64,000 nucleotides of DNA, taken from positions 590 to 64,589 of the forward strand of contig JBKKCR010000096.1 in the NCBI GenBank assembly GCA_046712825.1, given 5' to 3'. Under the pieces are notes generated by a model. The model had not been told where the DNA came from, ran no database searches, and saw only the letters and a list, made by a program, of their open reading frames with translations. This document shows positions 45,164 through 54,349 of this stretch, in pieces; the stretch's first letter is position 1, and each line of letters opens with the position of its first letter. Origin of the DNA: Actinomycetota bacterium. GTDB taxonomy: Bacteria; Actinomycetota; AC-67. Both the position numbers and the translations under genes were made by a program.

Positions 45164-46450
45164 ATGGAAGAGTCCCCCGGCGAGAAACTGCCCAGGGTTT
45201 CCGTCGTCATCCCGGTGCGCAACCGTCCGGACGGGATCCGCGCATGCCTCGACAGTCTCGTCGCCCTCGATTACCCGCACGCGTGCCTCGAGATCATCGT
45301 GGTCGACGACGCCTCGACCGACGAGACGCCGTCGGCCGTCGCTTCCTACAGCCGGGGCTCGGTGCGACTCCTCGCGCAGAAGCAGCATCGAGGGCAGTCC
45401 GAATGCCGGAACGTCGGCGCTCGGGAGGGGACGGGCGAGTTGGTCGCCTTCATCGACAGCGATTGCATCGCCGACGCGGCTTGGTTACGGACCCTCGTTC
45501 GGGATCTCGATGATCGACACGTGGTCGCGACGGGGGGCAGCGTACGCGAGGCGAGCCCGCACGGGTGGCTGAAGCGCTACGAGGCCTCCGCCTCCCCGTT
45601 GCACATGGGGGAGACCCCAGCGCGGGTCATGCCCGGCTCCGGGGTGGAGTTCCTTCCTTCGTGCAATATCGTGGTGCGCAAGCAGGTTTTCCTCGAAGCG
45701 GGAGGATTCGATGCGTCACTCCGCTTCGGCGAGGACGTCGATCTCATTTGGCGGCTGTGTGAGCGTGGCGAAGTCAGATACCTGCCGGCCGCCGTCGTGT
45801 GGCACGATAGCCGCGGCCGTCTCGGCTCTTTCCTATCGAACCGGATCAGCTACACGACGGCGCAGGCGGTCTTCCTTTCCAGATTCCCCGCCAACCGCCG
45901 ACGCCTCGACGTTCCCGTCGGTCTGGTGTTGGGCGTCGCTGCGGGGGTGGGCCTGGCGATGTTCCATCCGGCCTTCATCGCCGTTGGGCTGATGCCGCCG
46001 CTGGCGGAGGGTACCGCGGCTATCGTGGGCGCGACCGGCTCCCGATCCGTCGCGGACGGAGCCCGTGCGGTCATCGGTGGATACGCGTCGAGCGCTTACC
46101 GCGCGTTGTCGTTCGCCGGTCGCACCTACGCGATCCCCATCGCACTTAGCTCCGTCGCTCTGGCCGTGGTGTGGCCCGGATGGCTCATCGGTCTCGGCCT
46201 TGCGGGAGCGTGCGTCATCCTTCCGGCGATCGTGGAGTGGTTCCGCCGCAGACCCCGCCTCGATCCTGTGCGGTTCGTTGCCGCGTTCGCGCTCGATTCG
46301 CTTGCGGTCGGCAGCGGCACATTGGCGGGCTGCGTCCGCTATCGAACTCTGCGGCCGATGGCTCTTGGGATACGGCTCCATCGATCCGCGCGCACCCTTC
46401 CCTCGACGCGCGTGGCGCTGCCGGAGCCGCACGTGCCGGAGCCGTCGTGA
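45164..46450 (+). CDS. Glycosyltransferase family 2 with C-terminal multi-TM domain
   Basis: VSVVIPVRNRPDGIRACLDSL...EIIVVDDASTDET...FIDSDC; ~150-aa C-terminal hydrophobic region. Confidence 0.7.
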   Translation: MEESPGEKLPRVSVVIPVRNRPDGIRACLDSLVALDYPHACLEIIVVDDASTDETPSAVASYSRGSVRLLAQKQHRGQSECRNVGAREGTGELVAFIDSDCIADAAWLRTLVRDLDDRHVVATGGSVREASPHGWLKRYEASASPLHMGETPARVMPGSGVEFLPSCNIVVRKQVFLEAGGFDASLRFGEDVDLIWRLCERGEVRYLPAAVVWHDSRGRLGSFLSNRISYTTAQAVFLSRFPANRRRLDVPVGLVLGVAAGVGLAMFHPAFIAVGLMPPLAEGTAAIVGATGSRSVADGARAVIGGYASSAYRALSFAGRTYAIPIALSSVALAVVWPGWLIGLGLAGACVILPAIVEWFRRRPRLDPVRFVAAFALDSLAVGSGTLAGCVRYRTLRPMALGIRLHRSARTLPSTRVALPEPHVPEPS

Positions 46451-47355
46451 CGGAGGGGCCGGCCTCCGGCGTGACGGTCGTGCTCGCGACGCGCGACCGG
46501 CCGGCGCTCCTCGAAGGCGCCGTCGCATCGATCGTCGAGAGTCTCCGCACCTCCGACGAGCTGATCGTGGTCGACTCGGCCTCACGAGATCCTGCGACCT
46601 CACGGATCGGCCGTGCTGCGGGGGCACGGGTGATCCGCCTCGAGATCCCCGGCACGTCGCGGGCCCGCAACGCGGGGTGGATGGCCGCTCGCTCGCCCAT
46701 CGTGGCCTTCACCGACGACGACTGCGAGGTCCCATCGGATTGGCTCCTGAAGATCGAAGCGGCGCTCGACGACCCGGAGGTCGGCTTCGTCACCGGAAGG
46801 GTGCTCGGCGATCGTGAAGCGTCGATCGCATCGGCCGCCGTCGTCGGCGAGACACCGAAACGGTTCGACGGGCCGTCGGATCCGGCCGGGTTCGGTTCGG
46901 GAGCGAACATGGCTTTCCGCAGAGACGCGCTCGTGGCGATCGCCGGCTTCGACGAGGGGATGGGTCCGGGAACCCCCTTTCGTGCGGCGGAAGATCAGGA
47001 TGCCTTCTGGAGGGCGCTGAGGGCGGCGAGGATCGGTCTCTACGACCCGGCGATCGTCGTAACGCACCGGCTCTGGCGAACCCGAGGGGGTGCCGTGGCA
47101 CGCGAGTACGCCTACGGAGTCGGAGCGGGCGCCCTGGCGGTGAAGCTGATCCGCAACGATGACCCGGGGGCTTGGCGGCTATTCCGACGTCGGCTGTGGG
47201 GCGACGGGTTCGCGCTTGCGGCGCGCCATCTCGTGACGGGCTACGAGTCGGGGGCCGCCGGCGCCGCGATGAAGGCGTTCGGCGTGGTGGTCGGGTCGAT
47301 CCGAGCCTCGAGGAGGCGGCTCGAGTCCGGGCTGTTCGCGCGACCGCATCGCTAG
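46447..47355 (+). CDS. Glycosyltransferase family 2
   Basis: GTG start in GTGA overlap; VTVVLATRDRPALLEGAVASIVES...LIVVDSASRD...FTDDDCEVP. Confidence 0.7.
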   Translation: MTEGPASGVTVVLATRDRPALLEGAVASIVESLRTSDELIVVDSASRDPATSRIGRAAGARVIRLEIPGTSRARNAGWMAARSPIVAFTDDDCEVPSDWLLKIEAALDDPEVGFVTGRVLGDREASIASAAVVGETPKRFDGPSDPAGFGSGANMAFRRDALVAIAGFDEGMGPGTPFRAAEDQDAFWRALRAARIGLYDPAIVVTHRLWRTRGGAVAREYAYGVGAGALAVKLIRNDDPGAWRLFRRRLWGDGFALAARHLVTGYESGAAGAAMKAFGVVVGSIRASRRRLESGLFARPHR

Positions 47356-48287
47356 GCCGTGCGTTCGCGACTTTCGATCATCCGCCACAAGGTCCGCGCG
47401 CCGATCGCAGGATCGCCGATCACCCATCCGACCCGGGCCGCCAGCGACTCGGCGGCGACGATCGAGCGGATCTCGCGAGGAAGCTCGAACAGGAAGCGCC
47501 GGTGAAGAGCCAGGCGGTCGCGCTGGCTCTCTGCTCCGATCAGCTTCAGCTTCGCCTGATGGTAGGCGAGACACGCTTCGGACATCTCGGCGCGGTGCTT
47601 GGAGATGAACCGCACGTGTCCGTCGCGCAGCTTGTCTCGGGTCCCGGTCAGCGCTTGAGCCCCGTGGTAAACGTAGGTGCAGAGGGGCTCCGGCACGACG
47701 TCGAAGCGTCGCTTCTCGGCCAGGCGATACCAGAGATCCCAGTCCTCGCACGGCGGCAAACCTTCGTCGAATCTCACAAGGCTCTCGTCGAACGCGCTGC
47801 GGCGAAGCGCCACGAACGACGCGCCCCCTGCGAAGTCGTTCCACAGGAGCCCGCGCGCGGATAGCCGCGTCGGACCTTTCCAGACGTAGGTTCGCGGTTT
47901 GCCCTCGAAGACGATCCGGTAATGACACGAAACGGCGCCCACATCCGGATGCTCGGTCATGTACTCAACCTGCCGCTCGACCTTGGAGGGATGCCACGCG
48001 TCGTCGTCATCGAGGAAACCGATGAACTCGCCGCCGGCGTGCGCTATCCCGTGGTTTCGAGCGTTCGCGGCGCCGGACGCCTGCGGTATCCGTAGGTAGC
48101 GGATCCGGCGGTCTTCGGCGGCCAGCGCTTCCACGACCTCGGGTGTCGAATCGGACGACCCATCATCGACCACGAGGATCTCGATGTTGCGGAACGTCTG
48201 CGCGCTCGCGCTGCGAACGGCGGCCGGCAGCCGATCGGCGCGATCGTGCGTCGGAAGGACGACGCTCAGCAGCGGCTGGGCGGTCAT
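47352..48287 (-). CDS. Glycosyltransferase family 2
   Basis: LSVVLPTHDRADRLPAAVRSASAQT...EILVVDDGSSDST...FLDDDDAWHP. Confidence 0.8.
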   Translation of the reverse strand: MTAQPLLSVVLPTHDRADRLPAAVRSASAQTFRNIEILVVDDGSSDSTPEVVEALAAEDRRIRYLRIPQASGAANARNHGIAHAGGEFIGFLDDDDAWHPSKVERQVEYMTEHPDVGAVSCHYRIVFEGKPRTYVWKGPTRLSARGLLWNDFAGGASFVALRRSAFDESLVRFDEGLPPCEDWDLWYRLAEKRRFDVVPEPLCTYVYHGAQALTGTRDKLRDGHVRFISKHRAEMSEACLAYHQAKLKLIGAESQRDRLALHRRFLFELPREIRSIVAAESLAARVGWVIGDPAIGARTLWRMIESRERTA

Positions 48288-49399
48288 GCGGTCCGGTGCG
48301 CGGCCGTCGCGGAACCGGCACGCTCGATCGCGCGGGCGTAGATCGCACGGATGCGCGGGACCACGGCTTCCGTCGTGTGGTGCGCAAGCGCGTACCGACG
48401 GCCGGCCTCGCCCAGCCTCCCGGCGAGCTTGTCGTCGTCTAGGAGCCGGTCTATCGCGGTCGCGAGCGCCTCGGCCGACTCCGGCGGTACGACCAGCCCA
48501 CCGTCGCTGCGGTCGACGAACTCCCGGAGCGCACGGTCGTCGCTCACCACGACCGGCCGCCCGAGCAACGCGGCTTCGATCACCGTGATGCCGGCGCCTT
48601 CGGGGCGTAAGCGCGGGATGGCCGGAGCGACGAGCGTGCGCGCACCTGCCATGAGCGCGCGCACGGCATCCTCGTCGAGCCTCCCGAGCATCTTGACGCG
48701 GTCGCCGAGCGGAGCGGCGAGTGCGGCCAAAGCAGCCGACTCGGAACCATCCCCGGCGATAAGGAGCCGCGCAGAGGGGTGCCTGCCGGCGATCCGTCCG
48801 AACGCAGCGACGGCGATGTGCGCGCCCTTGTCGCGGCTGAGCCGTCCGACGAAGACGACGTCCGTCGCGGTCCCGACCGGCGCAGGCTCCTCCGTCGGGT
48901 TCGGAGCGAAGACGGGAACGTGCTCGACGTCTGGGAACCCGGCTGCGCGCAGGCGGTGCGCGATCTGTTCGGAGACCGCGGTCGCGACGTGGATGCGGCG
49001 GCGCGCCACGCGGGTGTCGAGAGCCCCTTTGAGGCGCCCTGCGGCCGAGCGGAGGCCGCGGGCACGGTCGTCGGGCACACCGAACAACCGAAAGTCATGG
49101 ACGGTCAGAACGTTCGCGGTGCCCGCCGGGACGCCCAAGACCGAGGCGGAGAGCTCGCGAAGGACGTTGTGATGGTGGACGACGTCGGGCTTGAAGTGAG
49201 CGGCAACCCGGGTGAGCGCGCGACGGGCGAACGGATCCCACGCGTCGAGGAGGCGGCCGATGCCTCGATGCTCCACTTCGCCGGCGAAAACCACGACCTC
49301 GTCGCCTGCGCTCCGCAACCCGTCGAGCAAGCGGCCGGCATAGATCTCGGCGCCCCAGCCGGCGCCGAGCGGGAGGTCGTTCACGAAGAGGATGCGCAT
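48284..49399 (-). CDS. Glycosyltransferase family 4
   Basis: MRILFVNDLPLGAGWGAEIY...EGAGITVIEAALLGRPVVVSD. Confidence 0.8.
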   Translation of the reverse strand: MRILFVNDLPLGAGWGAEIYAGRLLDGLRSAGDEVVVFAGEVEHRGIGRLLDAWDPFARRALTRVAAHFKPDVVHHHNVLRELSASVLGVPAGTANVLTVHDFRLFGVPDDRARGLRSAAGRLKGALDTRVARRRIHVATAVSEQIAHRLRAAGFPDVEHVPVFAPNPTEEPAPVGTATDVVFVGRLSRDKGAHIAVAAFGRIAGRHPSARLLIAGDGSESAALAALAAPLGDRVKMLGRLDEDAVRALMAGARTLVAPAIPRLRPEGAGITVIEAALLGRPVVVSDDRALREFVDRSDGGLVVPPESAEALATAIDRLLDDDKLAGRLGEAGRRYALAHHTTEAVVPRIRAIYARAIERAGSATAAHRTA

Positions 49400-49523
49400 C
49401 GTCTGCGGCAGGGCCGCACGGTCAACCTACCAGGGCCGTCACCCGAGCCGGGCTTGCCTCGATGCTGCGGCTAACCGTCCCGAAGGGTCCTCCGCCGTCT
49501 CGGTCGAATACGCTGAACCCTCT

Positions 49524-50243
49524 ATGGTTTCCCTGCGCAGGATCCAGAAGGACTGGAACGAGTTCGGGAAGACCGATCCGTTGTGGGCCGTGATCACCGC
49601 CGAGGGTACGCGCGGTGGCAAGTGGGATGCGGACGCGTTCTTCGAGACCGGACGGACCGAGATCAGCCAAGTCATGCAAGTGATCGACGGGCTGGGTGTG
49701 CCGGTCGGGAGGGCGCGAGCGCTCGATTTCGGCTGCGGGGTCGGCAGGCTCTCGCGGGCGCTCGCCGATCATTTCGCGGAAGTCGTGGGGGTCGACATCG
49801 CGCCGTCCATGATCGAGCTTGCCAACAAGATGAGCTCCGTCGACGGCCGGTGCACGTACGTCCTCAACGAGTCGGATGAGCTCCGCATGCTTCCGACCGA
49901 CTCCTTCGACCTGGTTTACTCCAACATCACGCTCCAGCACATGCCCCCGCGCTACGGCTGCCGCTACCTTGAGGAGTTCTTGCGGGTCACGCGGCCCGAA
50001 GGATTGATCGTGTTCGAGCTGCTTCGCCCTCCGGACAGTCGCTACCGAAGGGCTCGAGCCTTCGCGGGCCACATCAGGAACCAGCTCATGAGACGGCCGT
50101 CGATGCACGCCTACTGGATGACTGGCCGAGCGGTTCGAAGGTTCTTCGATGGTCGAGGTGCTACGGTCCTCGACGAGGCGAACACGTATCACGACGGATA
50201 CGCCCAGCGGGTCAGGTACTGCGTCGCGCCTGCGCGGACCTAG
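49524..50243 (+). CDS. Class I SAM-dependent methyltransferase (paralog of 34054..34809)
   Basis: FGKTDPLWAVIT...ALDFGCGVGRLSRALADHFAEVVGVDIAPSMIELA...ITLQHMP. Confidence 0.7.
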   Translation: MVSLRRIQKDWNEFGKTDPLWAVITAEGTRGGKWDADAFFETGRTEISQVMQVIDGLGVPVGRARALDFGCGVGRLSRALADHFAEVVGVDIAPSMIELANKMSSVDGRCTYVLNESDELRMLPTDSFDLVYSNITLQHMPPRYGCRYLEEFLRVTRPEGLIVFELLRPPDSRYRRARAFAGHIRNQLMRRPSMHAYWMTGRAVRRFFDGRGATVLDEANTYHDGYAQRVRYCVAPART

Positions 50244-50268
50244 GAGGGCTTGAGCGTGCGGCCCGAGC

Positions 50269-51744
50269 CTAGTTGGGGCCGCGGCGGTGGAGGAGCGCCG
50301 GGATCGTGCGGACCAGAAGCCGCATGTCGAGCCACAGCGACCAGTTCTCGATGTACGCGAAGTCGAGCTTGATCATCTCTTCGTAGGTCAGCTCGTTCGA
50401 TCCCGAGACCTGCCAATAGCCGGTGATGCCGGGGCGCACGGCGTGACGCTGATTGTCGACCGGGCCGAAATCCTGCGGCTCGACGGCGAGCGGCCGGGGG
50501 CCGACGAGCGACATGTCGCCGCGGATGACGTTCCAAAGCTGCGGCAGCTCGTCGATCGACAGGCGGCGGATCAGTCGTCCGACCTTCGTGATACGCGGGT
50601 CGTCGTACACCTTGAACAGCAGCCCGTTGCTGACGTTGTGATCGCGGAGATCGATGATCAGTCGCTCGGCGCCGACGACCATCGAGCGGAACTTGAGCAT
50701 GTGGAACACCTTGCCGTCGCGCCCGACACGGCGCTGCCGGTACAGGATCGGCCCGCGGTCGAGCACCTTGATGCCCAGCGCGACCGCCGCGAGGATCGGC
50801 GCGATCACGAACATGATCAGCGAGCCGACGACGATGTCGAACAGGCGCTTGCCCGGGAGCGCGCGGTGGTGTTGCGCGATCTTGCCGAGCGGGATCAGCG
50901 GCAGTCCGCCGGCCTGAGTGACGAGTCCCGGGTGGAGGAAGAACTCGGACATCGGCGGCAACATCGAGAAGGACACGTCCCCTTCGGAACCCTTGACGCA
51001 TTCGAGGATCGCCTCGTCGCTGCCGTCAGGCGCGAGCACCACGTGCTCGATGTCGGCGTCGGCGATCGCGCGCGAAAGCTCCTGCGCGGCGGGGAACGAA
51101 GGGACGAACCGCGTGTAGCCGTGACCGTTACCCGTCGGCAGCATCGCGACGGGAAGGAGTCCGACCTCGGGGAAGCTCATGAGCTTGTGGGAGAGCAGGC
51201 GCCCGTGCTTGCTGTCGCCGACGATCAGCGTGCGCCGCAGGCCGACGCCGCGGCGGCGTGACTCGACGAGCGTCAGCCAGGTGATGAGCCGCATCCCGAT
51301 CAGCGCCGAGGCCGCGACGATCCCGAAACGGACGACGTCCTTGCGCACCCAAAAGGCGACGTCCGGCGCGATCGCGAACGCGACGAGAACCGTGAGGGCC
51401 GTCGGCATCCCGATCAGCGAGATCGCCCAGAGGACGCCCTGTGTTTCCAGGGTCGTCCGGAATCGGTACCAGTTGGAGACGTAGAGGACGGTGACGAGGG
51501 CGGCCGTGAGCGGTACAAGCGCCTTCAACGGTACGCCGGCCAGCGCGGCCGCTCCCCCTATCGCAAGAGCGTCGATCGGCAGGACCCGCGGTCCGTCCGC
51601 CCGGTGAACCGTGTCGAGGGCCCGGAGCCAGCGCGGGAACCGGCCGCCCGCCTTAACGGAGACATGCGTCTTGACCTGCGGCTTAGCAGGTCGAGGTGGG
51701 GCGAGGCGTTCCTCTACGGTGCCGGTTGCCATGTCAGTTGTCAC
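50269..51744 (-). CDS. Undecaprenyl-phosphate sugar-1-phosphate transferase (WbaP/CpsE-type polyprenyl glycosylphosphotransferase)
   Basis: N-terminal TM block plus C-terminal 'bacterial sugar transferase' domain: KRLFDIVVGSLIMFVIAPIL...PILYRQRRVGRDGKVFHMLKFRSM...DELPQLWNVIRGDMSLVGPRP. Confidence 0.85.
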   Translation of the reverse strand: MTTDMATGTVEERLAPPRPAKPQVKTHVSVKAGGRFPRWLRALDTVHRADGPRVLPIDALAIGGAAALAGVPLKALVPLTAALVTVLYVSNWYRFRTTLETQGVLWAISLIGMPTALTVLVAFAIAPDVAFWVRKDVVRFGIVAASALIGMRLITWLTLVESRRRGVGLRRTLIVGDSKHGRLLSHKLMSFPEVGLLPVAMLPTGNGHGYTRFVPSFPAAQELSRAIADADIEHVVLAPDGSDEAILECVKGSEGDVSFSMLPPMSEFFLHPGLVTQAGGLPLIPLGKIAQHHRALPGKRLFDIVVGSLIMFVIAPILAAVALGIKVLDRGPILYRQRRVGRDGKVFHMLKFRSMVVGAERLIIDLRDHNVSNGLLFKVYDDPRITKVGRLIRRLSIDELPQLWNVIRGDMSLVGPRPLAVEPQDFGPVDNQRHAVRPGITGYWQVSGSNELTYEEMIKLDFAYIENWSLWLDMRLLVRTIPALLHRRGPN

Positions 51745-51951
51745 GCGTGTCCCCTGTACATGTACGCAGGTTACGTCTGGGCCTTACACGCGGATAACGA
51801 ATCCCCCTGCCACTCGATTCGACGGCGAGCCAAGGAATCCTCTCTAAGCGGTAAGTTCGGGCGACTATGGGTGATCCGGTCGAGACTCCGAGTGAGTCGA
51901 ACTGGTTAGTGGAGGGGCGGCGGCCAGGCGACGGGCTACACTCGGCCCTCG

Positions 51952-53121
51952 ATGCGCTTGGCCGTTTACCACCCCTGGACATACCTGCAAGGCGGGATCG
52001 AGCGGATCCTCGTCGAGCTCTTCCGTCGAAGCAGACACTCCTGGACTCTCTATACCCACCGATTCGAGTCGGAAGGAACGTTCCCGGAGCTTTCGAGTAA
52101 TCCGGTCGTCGAGCTGTCACCGAGAGTGTCGGTGAAGCGATCGCTGGGCCCCCTTGCCCACGCTGCGTGGACGATGGGGAGGGCTCGCCTTCCCGAGCAA
52201 GGCAACAAGGCGCTTCTGGTGTCTTCGGAGGGGCTGGGTGACTTCATCGTCGCCCGCAACCGCCTGCCGGCCGTCTGCTACTGCCACACGCCGCTCAAGA
52301 TCTTCCACGACCCCGCCACGAACCAGGCGCTCAAGCGCCGCGATCCGCGCAAGGCACTCGCCTTGTCCTTGCTCGGCCCGGCTTTCAACGTCGCCGACCG
52401 GCGCATGTGGCGGCGCTTCCGGCACGTGTTCGTCAGCAGTGAGGAGATCAGGGGCCGCGCCGAGCGCGCCGGTCTGCGTCCGTCGGGTCCGGTCGAGATC
52501 CTTCCGCCCGGCGTCGATCTCGAGTGGTTCAGCGACGACGGGAACCCGCGAGAGCGGTTCCTGCTCGTCGCGGGTCGCGTGAAGTGGTGGAAGAACATCG
52601 AGCTCGCGATCTCCGGGCTCGCCGAAGCGCATCGCCGCGGCTCGACCGCGCCGATGGTGATCGCCGGCGGCGTCGATCCACTCGACGGGGAGTATCTGGA
52701 CCGTCTGCGCGCGCAGGCCAGCGGCCTGCCGGTGACGTTCGAGACCGAGCCCACACAGGAGCGGCTGCGGGAGCTCTACCGCCGCTGCGCGGCTCTCGTC
52801 CTTCCGACGCTCAACGAGGACTTCGGCATGGTGCCGCTCGAGGCTATGGCGTGCGGAGCCCCCGTCGTGGCCGTCGACTCCGGCGGCCCACGTGAGACCG
52901 TCGTGCCGGGGAAGACGGGCTGGCTCGTGCCGCCAACGCCGGAGGCGTTCGCCGAGGCGATCGCGCGAGCGACCTCCGGTGAAGGGCCCATCCCCGGCGT
53001 TCGCGAGGCTGCACGGGCCCGCGCCGAGCAATTCACCTGGGGGAGATTCGTAAACCGACTGGACGACGTGATGGAGGCGGTGGCGCTACAGGAACCCGAG
53101 CGAGGACAACGCGGCCCGTAG
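51952..53121 (+). CDS. Glycosyltransferase family 4
   Basis: ...EDFGMVPLEAMACGAPVVAVDSGGPRETV. Confidence 0.75.
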   Translation: MRLAVYHPWTYLQGGIERILVELFRRSRHSWTLYTHRFESEGTFPELSSNPVVELSPRVSVKRSLGPLAHAAWTMGRARLPEQGNKALLVSSEGLGDFIVARNRLPAVCYCHTPLKIFHDPATNQALKRRDPRKALALSLLGPAFNVADRRMWRRFRHVFVSSEEIRGRAERAGLRPSGPVEILPPGVDLEWFSDDGNPRERFLLVAGRVKWWKNIELAISGLAEAHRRGSTAPMVIAGGVDPLDGEYLDRLRAQASGLPVTFETEPTQERLRELYRRCAALVLPTLNEDFGMVPLEAMACGAPVVAVDSGGPRETVVPGKTGWLVPPTPEAFAEAIARATSGEGPIPGVREAARARAEQFTWGRFVNRLDDVMEAVALQEPERGQRGP

Positions 53122-54120
53122 CTGCTCGGCGGCGTCGGACCAGCGCCACGCGGGCGGTGGGCCGAAGGCGACCTCGCCGCGGAGCGCATCTCGCATCGCG
53201 GAAGCCCACGCTTCGACGTCCCCCGGACGCACGAACCTCGCGGCGTCTCCCGTGCTCTCGTGCAGCACCGGGATGTCAGACACCAACGCCGGCACGCCGC
53301 ACGCGAGCGCCTCGACGGGGGGGAGTCCGAAGCCTTCGTAGCGCGACGGGAACACCAGCGCGGCCGCGCCCGTGAGCAACGAGCGCAGGTCCTCGTTCGG
53401 CAGGTATCCGATGACCTGGACGGTCGGGGCGTCCGGGATGTGAACGGGCCCGAAGTTGGAGTGCGGACGGCCGACGACGACCAGGCGGTGCGGGGTCTCA
53501 GCGACGATGGAGAGATGTGCCGCGACCGCGGTTGCAACGTCCTTGCGCGGGTCGGCCCAGCCGACGCACAAGAGATACGGCTCGGTGAGTCCCAGACGCC
53601 CCTTTGCTGCCGCGACGGCATCGGGTGTGGCGGGTCCGTACCCGTCATCGAGCGCGTTCCGTACCGCGAAGACGCGGTCGGGGGAGTAGCCACCGGCGAT
53701 GAGCTCCCGCCGGACCTGCTCGCTCGGCGTGAGGATCCCGCGAGCCCGTTTCGCGGACGCCCCGGCCAGCCGGCCGTAGAGGCGGCCGATCCGGCTGAAC
53801 CACGTGGGGTCGATCTCCCAGCCGAGGTCGTGGATCATCACGATGCTTCGTCGCACTGCGAGAGGTGCGGTGTTGGCCAACGAGATGATCGGGCGTCGCC
53901 CGGCCGCCCGCGGCAGCAGGACCTGCTCCCAGACGTGCTCGCCGAACCGCCCGGGAGGCGCCCAAACCGCTCGATCCACTCGGGGGTCGTCGGCGCCCGC
54001 TGGGGCGATAACCTCGAGTCGGAGCCCCGCAGCCCGGCCACCGTCCACCAGGCCCCTCCCGACCCGGTGGATGCCGGTAGCCGCCCCCCGCAAGAAGCGG
54101 CCGTTGACGACCAGACTCAC
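53086..54120 (-). CDS. Glycosyltransferase family 4 (mannosyltransferase-like)
   Basis: ...YEGFGLPPVEALACGVPALVSD; convergent 36-nt overlap with the previous gene. Confidence 0.75.
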   Translation of the reverse strand: MSLVVNGRFLRGAATGIHRVGRGLVDGGRAAGLRLEVIAPAGADDPRVDRAVWAPPGRFGEHVWEQVLLPRAAGRRPIISLANTAPLAVRRSIVMIHDLGWEIDPTWFSRIGRLYGRLAGASAKRARGILTPSEQVRRELIAGGYSPDRVFAVRNALDDGYGPATPDAVAAAKGRLGLTEPYLLCVGWADPRKDVATAVAAHLSIVAETPHRLVVVGRPHSNFGPVHIPDAPTVQVIGYLPNEDLRSLLTGAAALVFPSRYEGFGLPPVEALACGVPALVSDIPVLHESTGDAARFVRPGDVEAWASAMRDALRGEVAFGPPPAWRWSDAAEQLRAALSSLGFL

Positions 54121-54349
54121 GTGGCTCCCTTCAGCGTTCTCGGCGGGTGCGAGCGTAGCGGCGCAGCAGGATAGAGGCCCTGGTCCGGCATGTCACGGGG
54201 CAGATTCACCGACCTTCCGAATGGGCAGGAAACCACCCAGGGCACGACGAACCAAACGGAATGCTACTGTCCGGTCGGAATTTTTCTGGAGCATGAAGAT
54301 CGGACCGCGTCGGACGCGACGTGAAACACCCTGGGGAGGGAGCCAACTC

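Noticed and set aside
53804-54349. N-terminal 182 codons of ORF 53804..56251
   Set aside because: Antisense to the GT4 gene 53086..54120 and Arg-rich; a clean signal peptide starts at ATG 54350 after a GGGGAGGGA site.
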